Source: Terriglobia bacterium (GTDB lineage Bacteria > Acidobacteriota > Terriglobia > UBA7540 > JAPUME01). Taken from it: a DNA stretch of 64,000 nt. Of this stretch, positions 45,514 through 53,729 are shown piece by piece. Position numbers and translations under genes: made by a program. The stretch covers positions 710,132 to 774,131 of the forward strand of contig CBDEGR010000002.1 of the NCBI GenBank assembly GCA_965237895.1, in the 5' to 3' direction. Numbering within the stretch: the stretch's first letter is position 1; every line of letters starts with the position of its first letter. The notes under the pieces were generated by a model. It did not search any database, had not been told where the DNA came from, and worked only from the letters and a program-made list of their open reading frames with translations.

Positions 45514-46068
45514 ATGTTTGTCGCCAAGAAAATTTTCCTGACCAAAGGTGTGGGCCAAAGCCGCGAGAAACTCAGTTCCTTTGAATTGGCGCTGCGCTCG
45601 GCGGGAATCGCCGCCTACAATCTTGTCCGCGTCTCCAGCATCTTTCCGCCCCGCTGCCGGCTGATCGGCCGCACGCAGGGAATGAAGATGTTGAAGCCCG
45701 GGCAGGTGGTCTTTTGCGTGATGAGCGAGAACGCCACGCGCGAGCCGCACCGCCTGATGGCCGCCTCGATCGGCCTGGCCCTCCCGGCCGATAAGAACAT
45801 GTACGGGTATCTCTCCGAGCACCACTCCTTCGGCCAAAACGAGGAAGTAGCCGGCGAGTATGCCGAAGAGCTGGCCGCCGAGATGCTCGCCACCACCCTC
45901 AACGTCGAGTTCGACCCGGAGCATAGCTGGGACGAAAAGAAAGAGATCTACCGCATTTCCAACCGCATCGTCCGCACGATGGAGGTCACACAGTCGGCGA
46001 TTGGAGATAAAAAAGGCCTATGGACCACCGTCCTGGCCGCCGCCATCATGCTGGGGAGTGAAGATTGA
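45514..46068 (+). CDS. pdaD: pyruvoyl-dependent arginine decarboxylase
   Basis: MFVAKKIFLTKGVGQSREKLSSFELALRSAGIAAYNLVRVSSIFPP, including the Ser-Ser self-cleavage site context. 184 aa. Confidence 0.88.
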   Translation: MFVAKKIFLTKGVGQSREKLSSFELALRSAGIAAYNLVRVSSIFPPRCRLIGRTQGMKMLKPGQVVFCVMSENATREPHRLMAASIGLALPADKNMYGYLSEHHSFGQNEEVAGEYAEELAAEMLATTLNVEFDPEHSWDEKKEIYRISNRIVRTMEVTQSAIGDKKGLWTTVLAAAIMLGSED

Positions 46069-46126
46069 CCTGGGGAGTGAAGATTGACCTGGGGAGTGAA
46101 AATTGCCCCGGGGAGTGAAAATTGAT
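46051..46126 (+). repeat. 19-bp direct tandem repeat x4 spanning the pdaD stop and the SD/start of the next gene
   Basis: The four copies are CTGGGGAGTGAAGATTGAC (46051-46069), an identical copy (46070-46088), CTGGGGAGTGAAAATTGCC (46089-46107) and CCGGGGAGTGAAAATTGAT (46108-46126). Confidence 0.97.
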
Positions 46127-47285
46127 GGATAAGAAAAACCCCACCAGCTCGCTTCCGACTTCGACCCCCGCGGCGCCTTCCTCCACACCGGGTCCCGCAC
46201 CTGACCCTGCATCTGATGAAGCTGAAATCTTTCTGACGGCGGAAGACGCCACCGAAAAAGCCGACCTTCTCTCCGTTCCCACCCGGCCCGTGAAGATCGA
46301 CGAAAACAAGAGCGTCCGCGGGCTGCTCGAAAAGATGGAAGGCATCTCCTTCCAGGGGCGGAACCTGGGACGCGCGCACCAGGTTTGGCGCGCCATGCTG
46401 AGCGAGCCGGTTATGATTATGATGGGCTTGGCCGGGGCGATGATCCCCGGCGGCATGCGCGAACTGGTCGTCTACATGATTCGGAACCGGCTGATCGATT
46501 GTGTGGTCGCCACCGGCGCGAATTTCTTCCACGACATTCACGAATCGCTGGGACGTTACCACTATCAGAGCAGTCCGGAAGCGGATGACGTACTGTTGCG
46601 GGACAATATGGTTGATCGCATGTACGACACGCTGCTCGACGAAGAAGAGTTCCGTGAACAGGATTCCTGGATTGGGCATTTTGCCGAGACGCTCGACGCC
46701 TCGCGGGCCTACACGACGCGCGAATTCCTCAATCTACTGGGCAAGGAGGCGGCAAAGATTTCCAAAGTGGACGGCATTGTGACCGCCGCGGCCAAGGCGG
46801 GCATACCGCTGTTTTGTCCTGCCATTGGGGATTCCTCCATCGGCATCGGCATCGCCGAGAACCGTAACCTGGGAAAGAACCGGCTGATGTTTGACGTCAT
46901 CGGCGACGTGGTGGAGACCTGTTACTTGGCGGGGGGTTCGCCGGTCTCCGGCGTTATCTATTTCGGCGGCGGCACGCCGAAGAATTTTATTCAGCAGAGC
47001 GAGGTCACGGCCACCTTTGAGCATGAAGCCAAGGGCGGGCACAAGTACGCGCTGCAGATCATTACCGACTCGCCTCACTGGGGCGGGCTTTCCGGCTGCA
47101 CGTTCGAAGAGGCCCAGAGTTGGGGCAAGATTCAGGATGGGGGCCAAATGGTGACGGTCCACTGCGACACCACCATTGCCATGCCGATGCTGGTGACGGC
47201 GCTCTCCGAGGATGAAGAGTTGATCCGCAACCGCAAGAAGCCCACGTTCGAGATGGGCCGGGAATTGAAATTCTGCTTCGACTGA
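46125..47285 (+). CDS. deoxyhypusine-synthase-like protein (candidate homospermidine synthase)
   Basis: ...GRNLGRAHQVWRAML...MGLAGAMIPGGMRELVVYMIRNRLIDCVVATGANFFHD... is a DHS-family core, with a low-complexity Pro/Ser/Thr N-terminus. ATG at 46125 (TTG at 46122 in the track). Confidence 0.82.
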   Translation: MDKKNPTSSLPTSTPAAPSSTPGPAPDPASDEAEIFLTAEDATEKADLLSVPTRPVKIDENKSVRGLLEKMEGISFQGRNLGRAHQVWRAMLSEPVMIMMGLAGAMIPGGMRELVVYMIRNRLIDCVVATGANFFHDIHESLGRYHYQSSPEADDVLLRDNMVDRMYDTLLDEEEFREQDSWIGHFAETLDASRAYTTREFLNLLGKEAAKISKVDGIVTAAAKAGIPLFCPAIGDSSIGIGIAENRNLGKNRLMFDVIGDVVETCYLAGGSPVSGVIYFGGGTPKNFIQQSEVTATFEHEAKGGHKYALQIITDSPHWGGLSGCTFEEAQSWGKIQDGGQMVTVHCDTTIAMPMLVTALSEDEELIRNRKKPTFEMGRELKFCFD

Positions 47286-47336
47286 CATTCCATCGCCGGT
47301 CCCTCGAAGGCAGACAGGCAAAGGGTTCACCTCATT

Positions 47337-48227
47337 ATGCTCAGCGGTTATCCCGCCCGATGCCCGGAAACGTTTGCCGGGCTGCCGCCGGCTCAATCCG
47401 ATTACCAGACTTCACCCATCGTCATCTGGCCGATTCCTCTCGACCGCACCACTTCCTATAAAGCCGGAACGCGCTACGGGCCGCGCGCCCTGCTGGAAGC
47501 CTCGCGCAACATGGAGACCTTTGACGAAGAAATTTGGGCGGAAGTCTGCGAGCGCGGTATTGCGACGCTGCCGGAGATGGAGACCGAAGAGGGCAGCCTC
47601 AACCAGGTGATGGCCAACATCCGCACCGTGGCCGGGCAACTGGCGAGGGAGGGAAAATTCACCGTAGCGCTCGGCGGCGAGCACTCGCTGACCGGGCCGA
47701 TCGTCTCCGCCTTTGCGAAAAAGTTTTCGGATTTGACGGTGCTGCAAATCGACGCTCACGCCGACCTACGCGAAGCCTATCAGCAGAAGCCGCACAGTCA
47801 CGCCTCTGTCATGCGCCGCGTGGTGGAGATTTGCCCGGCCGTGCAAGTCGGCATCCGCAGCCTTTCCCAGGAGGAGGCGGATGTTCTGGATCAACTGCCG
47901 ACGAAAATCTTCTGGGCCAAGGACCTACGCTCGCGTCCCGCCGCCGAGTGGGCCGAGGAGATCGTCAAGGATTTGAGCGACCATGTCTACATGACGATCG
48001 ATCTTGACGGCTTCGACCCGGCCTACCTACCCGCCACGGGAACGCCCGAACCGGGCGGGCTCGACTGGTATCAGGTGACCGACCTGGTGCGTGCCGTGGC
48101 CGCGAAGAAGAAGATTGTATCGATGGACGTCGTCGAACTCCTGCCTCAGCCCGGCCATCATGCCTCGGACTTCCTCGCCGCCAAGCTCATCTATAAGTGC
48201 CTGGGGACCATCTTCGGCCGAAGGTAG
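47337..48227 (+). CDS. speB: agmatinase (arginase family)
   Basis: ...ALGGEHSLTGPIV...QIDAHADLR...HASVMRR...MTIDLDGFDP...TPEPGGL... are Mn-binding arginase-fold motifs. Confidence 0.88.
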   Translation: MLSGYPARCPETFAGLPPAQSDYQTSPIVIWPIPLDRTTSYKAGTRYGPRALLEASRNMETFDEEIWAEVCERGIATLPEMETEEGSLNQVMANIRTVAGQLAREGKFTVALGGEHSLTGPIVSAFAKKFSDLTVLQIDAHADLREAYQQKPHSHASVMRRVVEICPAVQVGIRSLSQEEADVLDQLPTKIFWAKDLRSRPAAEWAEEIVKDLSDHVYMTIDLDGFDPAYLPATGTPEPGGLDWYQVTDLVRAVAAKKKIVSMDVVELLPQPGHHASDFLAAKLIYKCLGTIFGRR

Positions 48228-48340
48228 ATTGGATCCTACGCGGTTGCCTCCCAGGATTGATCCTGCCGGCTGTCGCGTCCTTTCTCCCTGGGCGCGGGAA
48301 ACTAATGCTTTTGACTGAAAAGTATTTCGAACGGAGGTCT

Positions 48341-50245
48341 ATGAGTACTCCTTCCCGGCGGTTTCGATTCAAAGTAAAGTCAGGGTTCAAGCTCCCATCC
48401 AAAAGGTTTCTTCCCGCTCTCCTGCTGGCGGGCTTTCTTCCTCTCTTCTTCCCCCTTCAGGCCGGCCCTCTGGGGCGAAAAAATTCCGGATTTTCCGCCG
48501 ACCGTTACTTGGCGGACGTGCAGAAGCTTTCCGGCGAAGAATTTCAAGGCCGAGGAAACGGAACGGCGGAGTTGAACGCGGCGGCCCGGTTTCTGGCCCG
48601 GCGGTTCCGCAAAATCGGCCTCAAGCCGTTGCCAGCCGGCGGCGACTATCTGCAACGTTTCCTCATCACCACCAGCGCCAAGCAAGGAAAAGGAAACACG
48701 CTCCACCTCACCGGCGCTGGTGGGACTTTGCGGTTCGAACCGAAAAAGGATTTCCGGCCCCTTAGTTTTTCCTCGAACGGCGAGGCGGAAGGCGGCGTGG
48801 TCTTCGCCGGGTACGGCATCACGGCTGACGAGTACGGCTATGACGACTACCAAGGGTTGGATGTGGAGGGGAAGTTCGTCATCGTTCTCCTCCACGAGCC
48901 GCAAGAGCACGACGAAGACGGAGTTTTTCAGGGCCGTCAATTCACGGCCCACAGCCGGGCCGTCCACAAGGCCATCAACGCTAAGAATCGCGGAGCCGCC
49001 GGATTGATTCTGGTTTCCGACGTCGGCAATCATTCCCCCCACAGCGGCGGGCTCTTACGCTTCGGGACGTTTTCCGGTCCGCCGGCCGTCGGAATTCCGG
49101 CGATTCAATTGCGAATCGACGTCGTGGAGAGATGGTTCAAGGCCGCGGGCAGGTCCGAGACGGTCCAAAGTCTCCGCGAGGCCATCGACCGCGACCTCGA
49201 AACCCGCTCCTTTTCTCTTGGGGACGAACTTCGGGTTGCTCTGGAGACGGAGGTGGAGCAGATTTGCCGGGAAGTGGCGAACATCGTTGGGTACTTGCCG
49301 GGCTGGGACCCGCGCCGCAAGGAAGAATACATCGTGATCGGCGCCCACTACGATCATCTGGGGATGGGTGGGAACATGTCGCTTGCCGGCCCCGGAACAC
49401 GCGAGGTCCATTACGGAGCCGACGACAATGCCTCGGGAACGAGCGGCTTGCTGGAGCTGGCGCGACGCTTTGCGGGGGAGAAGAGGCGATGGGCGCGGTC
49501 GGTGATCTTCGTGGCCTTTGCGGCCGAGGAGTTGGGAATTCTCGGTTCGAACTACTACACGTCGAACCCCCCGGCGCCGCTCAAGAAGACCGTGGCCATG
49601 CTCAACATGGACATGATCGGGCGCGTAAAAAAGGGGCGGCTCTATGTGGGCGGGACCGGCAGTGCGTCCGAGTTTCGCTCTCTTCTGGAGGATGCGAACC
49701 GGGAGGTGGGCCTCGATCTGAAGTTTTCCATCTCCGCTTACGGCGCCAGCGACCACACCTCCTTTGCGGTGAAGGGCATTCCGGTGCTCTTCTTTTTCTC
49801 GGGTCTCCATCGCGACTACCATCGCCCGTCCGATACCTGGGAGAAGATCGACGCCCAGCAGAGCGTCCGCGTGCTGGACTTGGTCTATCGCGTGGCCGGA
49901 ACATTGAACCGTCGGCAGGAGCGGCCGCGGTTCGTCCGCGCCGCAGAGCCTTCGCATGCGTCGCCAGGAAGCGGTGGCGGTTATGGACCATATTTCGGGT
50001 CGGTGCCGGACTTCGGCGAGGTTGAAAGCGGCGTCCGATTCGCCGACATCCGCGACGGTAGCCCGGCGGAGAAAGCCGGATTTCGTGCCGGGGACGTGCT
50101 GGTGGAGTTCGACGGAAAGAAGATTGAAAACCTGTACGATTTTACCTACGCACTGCGCGCCTGCAAGCCGGGAGATCGGGTTCGGGTCATGGTCCGGCGC
50201 GGCGAAGAGACGGTTACGGCCCAGGTTACGCTCGCAGTCCGTTGA
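48341..50245 (+). CDS. secreted M28-family aminopeptidase with a PA domain and a C-terminal PDZ domain
   Basis: ATG at 48341 with a GGAGG SD. Motifs HYDHLG, GADDNASGTSGLLELAR, FVAFAAEELGILGS. C-terminal GSPAEKAGFRAGDVLVEFDGKKI is the PDZ domain. Confidence 0.85.
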   Translation: MSTPSRRFRFKVKSGFKLPSKRFLPALLLAGFLPLFFPLQAGPLGRKNSGFSADRYLADVQKLSGEEFQGRGNGTAELNAAARFLARRFRKIGLKPLPAGGDYLQRFLITTSAKQGKGNTLHLTGAGGTLRFEPKKDFRPLSFSSNGEAEGGVVFAGYGITADEYGYDDYQGLDVEGKFVIVLLHEPQEHDEDGVFQGRQFTAHSRAVHKAINAKNRGAAGLILVSDVGNHSPHSGGLLRFGTFSGPPAVGIPAIQLRIDVVERWFKAAGRSETVQSLREAIDRDLETRSFSLGDELRVALETEVEQICREVANIVGYLPGWDPRRKEEYIVIGAHYDHLGMGGNMSLAGPGTREVHYGADDNASGTSGLLELARRFAGEKRRWARSVIFVAFAAEELGILGSNYYTSNPPAPLKKTVAMLNMDMIGRVKKGRLYVGGTGSASEFRSLLEDANREVGLDLKFSISAYGASDHTSFAVKGIPVLFFFSGLHRDYHRPSDTWEKIDAQQSVRVLDLVYRVAGTLNRRQERPRFVRAAEPSHASPGSGGGYGPYFGSVPDFGEVESGVRFADIRDGSPAEKAGFRAGDVLVEFDGKKIENLYDFTYALRACKPGDRVRVMVRRGEETVTAQVTLAVR

Positions 50246-50464
50246 TCGCGCGCCGGGAGTTCTATTTCTATTTTGAATCCGAGCCCCGGTGCTGGTACTC
50301 CCATCGAGGTGCCGGTATTCTTGGCCGGCAGCAGCGGCGGCGGTTCGGGGGTCGCCGATATTTCAGATGGGGAGAACATCAGGGCCCTGCTTGCGCATTA
50401 TACAGTATTGAAACGTTCCTTCTTGAGGTTGGGGGGAATCGGAAGCCGGGAGTAAGCGCGAAGA

Positions 50465-51276
50465 ATGAATCCCTTGCGAAAACTGAGCAGTTGGCTCGGC
50501 ATGCAACCCGGCGAAGAGCGGGTCGGGTTCGCTCTGTTTCTCTACCTGTTCGGAGTGATTACTTGCTATTTGATGTTGAAGCCGGCGCGAGACGGTTTGT
50601 TCATTTCGCAATATGGTTCGGAGAATTTGCCGGTCGTGATGATTGCGACATCTCTCGCCGCCGCACTCACCGTTTCCGCTTACCTGTACCTGCTGCGACA
50701 CTTTACCTTGGTGGGATTGACGTACCTTACTCTGGGTTTTTTTCGTCCAATGTTCTCATTTTTTGGCAATTATCGAACTATCGCTTCGAATGGGTCAATT
50801 TTGCCTTTTATGTTTGGACGGGAGTATTCGGAGTCATTGCTCCCATGCAGGTTTGGTCGCTGGCGAATCGTCTTCTGACGACCCGGCAGGCAAAACGGCT
50901 CTTCGGTGTGATCGGAGCCGGGGGTATATTAGGCGGCAGCACCGGAGGATTCATCGCCTATAACCTGGCGAAATCGCGCGGCCCCGAATTTATTGAATTT
51001 CTCCTTCTTGCCGTGGCCGGAGGGCTGATGGTTTGTATGCTCCTGGTTTTGTTGGCCACCTTAGCCCGTCGGGAGCAGGCAGAATCGATGGTGGCGACAG
51101 AACAACCCAAGGAGACGGCCCGCCCGGGTTTTTTTCAGAGTATCCGCTGGATCCGTGCATCGCGTTATTTGTTGTTGATTACCGGTTTGATTATTTTCTC
51201 GCGCGTCACCTCGTATTCGGCAAGAACGGAGGCGACGGTCCCGGATAGGTTTTCCATGACGGTTCCTTTTCACTGA
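50465..51276 (+). pseudogene. MFS/nucleotide-transporter-like membrane protein: frameshifted and 3'-truncated
   Basis: MNPLRKLSSWLGMQPGEERVGFALFLYLFGVITCYLMLKPARDGLFISQYG... continues in another frame as ...VLIFWQLSNYRFEWVNFAFYVWTGVFGVIAPMQVWSLANRLLTTRQAKRLFGVIGAGGILGG.... The switch is at a T7 run (50737-50743). Family-like sequence ends near 51195 after about 270 aa. Confidence 0.65.
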
Positions 51277-51341
51277 GGTACGTGCTTGAAGTATGATACG
51301 GATGCAGACTATTTTACGTTATCCGCCGGGATATTTCGTTC

Positions 51342-52463
51342 ATGAAGTTCACCCCCCAGACAATTAAAACCGCTGCGGGATTCGTCACCCTTACGGCTTT
51401 GATTTTTCTCGCCTTCCCATTCGGGCGGACCAGCCTCAAGGCCCAAGGCGTGGGGAGCGCCGGGCCGAAGGTGCAGGGCGCGAAAGGAGACCCTCTGCGC
51501 GACCCGAGAGAAACGCATCTTCGCAACCTTCGCCAACTGACGTTCGGGGGAACCAACGCGGAAGCCTACTTCAGCTTTGACGGGCTGCGGTTGGTCTTTC
51601 AGGCCACACGGGAGGGCTTCGGTTGCGATCAGATCTTCGTCATGGACCTTGGGGAACCCGAGCCGAAACTTGTTTCAACCGGCAAGGGCCGCACCACCTG
51701 CGGCTACTTTTTCCCTGACGGTGAGCACGTCCTCTACGTTTCGACGCACTTGTCCGGCGACGACTGCCCGCCCCGTCCAGACTATTCGCGCGGGTACGTC
51801 TGGCCCGTCTATCCCAGCTACCAAATTTTCCGGGCTGCGGTGGAAGGCGGCAGTGTGGAACCGTTGACCCACGCCGCAGGGTACAACGCCGAAGCGACGC
51901 TCTCACCCGACGGCACACGGATGGTCTTCACCTCGACCCGGGACGGCGACCTGGACCTCTATGAAATGGATCTTGCATCCCGCCAGGTCTCGCGGCTTAC
52001 CGATGAAGTCGGCTACGACGGCGGGGCGTTCTATTCGCCCGATGGAGAATGGATCGTCTATCGTGCCCATCATCCGACATCTCCTCGGGACCGAAAGCAC
52101 TACCGGGATTTGCTGGCGGCGAACCTGGTGGAGCCGATGCAGATGGAATTGTTCGTTATGCGAGCGGACGGCTCCGGGCGGCGGCAGATCACCCGTCTCG
52201 GCAAGGCCAACTTCGCTCCCTTCTGGCTGCCGGACGGGAAACGCGTTATCTTTTCTTCGAACTTCGAATCGGAATCCCCGCGCCAATTCGAACTCTACAA
52301 GGTCGGGCTCGACGGCGGCACCCCCGAGCGCATCACCTTCACGGGCGGCTTCAATTCTTTTCCTATGTTGTCCCCCGACGGGCGGAGGCTGGTCTTCAGC
52401 TCGAACCGCAACGCCCGCAGCCCGCGGGAGATCAACGTATTCGTCGCCGACTGGGTTCCGTGA
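51342..52463 (+). CDS. TolB-like PD40 beta-propeller protein (secreted)
   Basis: Signal peptide followed by repeated ...SPDGTRMVFTSTRDGDLDLYEMDL.../...SPDGEWIVYRA.../...LPDGKRVIFSSN.../...SPDGRRLVFSSNR.... Confidence 0.85.
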   Translation: MKFTPQTIKTAAGFVTLTALIFLAFPFGRTSLKAQGVGSAGPKVQGAKGDPLRDPRETHLRNLRQLTFGGTNAEAYFSFDGLRLVFQATREGFGCDQIFVMDLGEPEPKLVSTGKGRTTCGYFFPDGEHVLYVSTHLSGDDCPPRPDYSRGYVWPVYPSYQIFRAAVEGGSVEPLTHAAGYNAEATLSPDGTRMVFTSTRDGDLDLYEMDLASRQVSRLTDEVGYDGGAFYSPDGEWIVYRAHHPTSPRDRKHYRDLLAANLVEPMQMELFVMRADGSGRRQITRLGKANFAPFWLPDGKRVIFSSNFESESPRQFELYKVGLDGGTPERITFTGGFNSFPMLSPDGRRLVFSSNRNARSPREINVFVADWVP

Positions 52464-52535
52464 TCCATGTTTGATTTCTGCGGTGATTCTGGTGCGGGCT
52501 TGGGGCGGAGATATCGAAATCGGTTAAGAAAAACT

Positions 52536-53346
52536 TCAGCGTGCCCAGCCGGGCAATCCGCCGCTGCGGCGCAGTTTTTCCTGCGCCTGTGCCAAGCTGA
52601 TTTTTGCGGCGTTCCGTTGGCGGTTGACCTCGAGCATTCTCTCTTCCAGGTCCCCGGCCAGCGCGAGATAGAAATAATCGAACGGGTAATTCGGGTGCGG
52701 GGAATACTGAAGTCTCCGCATGCGGGCAAGGTCCAGCCCCTCTTCCAGGTGGCGGAGTTCTTTGGTGAGCGCGGCGATTTCTGCCCAGTAGGAAGCGAAC
52801 CGCCTCCTGCTCGGCTTCCTCTGCGGCCCAGATTGCCGCCTGCCGTTCCTTCGTCTTCCACGCCTCATCCAGCTTGGTGTGCATCGGCGAATGGTGCGGC
52901 AGCGGCCGGAACCAGCCCGGCAGGGCTCGGTGGCGACGGCCCTCTTCCCGTAGGGCTTCATGTTCTTCGGCGGCATCTTTCTTGAGTTGTTCGATCCCGT
53001 CCCGCAGTTCATGAATTTCAAGCGGCAGGACGGCGTCGCCGGGCGGCAGCTCCACCGCAACGCCCAGAAAATCCTCCGGTGTAAGGTCGAACCGCAGACG
53101 AAGCAGGCGTACCAGTTGCGCTTTCCGCCAGGCAATCTCTTTGTTGTAACGGGTGTCGATTTCGCGGGCGCGCAACCGTCAGTAGATTTCTCCCGTCATC
53201 GGGATCGGCGGAGCAGGCTTCGGGGCGGAGAAGATGTCCGAGGCGGGCGCGAAGGGCTGGATTTCCCCCTGCCCTCAGTTGCTCCAGGCAAGAGAGGGCA
53301 AAGCGCTGATTCCCAGGATAATGGCCACGGCAGCCCGCAGGTGCAT
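52536..53346 (-). pseudogene. signal-peptide plus coiled-coil protein disrupted by two in-frame TGA codons and one frameshift
   Basis: One minus-strand frame reads MHLRAAVAIILGISALPSLAWSN-TGA(53275-53277)-GQGEIQPFAPASDIFSAPKPAPPIPMTGEIY-TGA(53179-53181)-RLRAREIDTRYNKEIAWRKAQLV...EEAEQEAVRF. Protein-like sequence then continues in the +1 frame (ASYWAEIAALTKELRHLEEGLDLARMRRLQYSPHPNYPFDYFYLALAG...) from about 52795. Confidence 0.5.
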
Positions 53347-53729
53347 ACCCTTGGTAAGATGCCGGCTTAGGTCTTCGGGATAGCCGCTTGCCGGTTTTTG
53401 CAGCCCGGCTAACTTCGTGTTGTGATTGAACTTCAATTCATTTCTTTACGAGGTTCGCAATGCCGCTCTATTTTTCTTCCCTTACCACGGCTTGCCTTAC
53501 CCGGCAGGCGAGACTCAAATTAGTTCAGGATCTGATGGCCGACCGGGAGGTGGCCGTGCGCCGCACACCCGCGGGCAGATTGCCGGCCGCATGCTGACCG
53601 AGATCGAAGCTCCGGATCAGCCGACGCTCGAAAAATGGTTCGGGAAGGGGAACGTCAATATCGATTGGATGATGCGGATTGATCTTGATGCCAAGAACGG
53701 CAAGGTGAAAGAGTTTTAAGGTTCTTGCG

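Noticed and set aside
46051-46126. The 19-bp repeats as a mini CRISPR array
   Set aside because: The copies are directly adjacent with no spacers and are too short, and no cas genes are present. This is a simple tandem repeat.
53426-53719. 97-aa ORF. Its tail MLTEIEAPDQPTLEKWFGKGNVNIDWMMRIDLDAKNGKVKEF looks protein-like, and an alternative upstream frame starts MPLYFSSLT...
   Set aside because: I could not assign a family. The N-terminal half looks non-coding in this frame, so it may be a frameshifted small gene. It is left uncalled as a feature.
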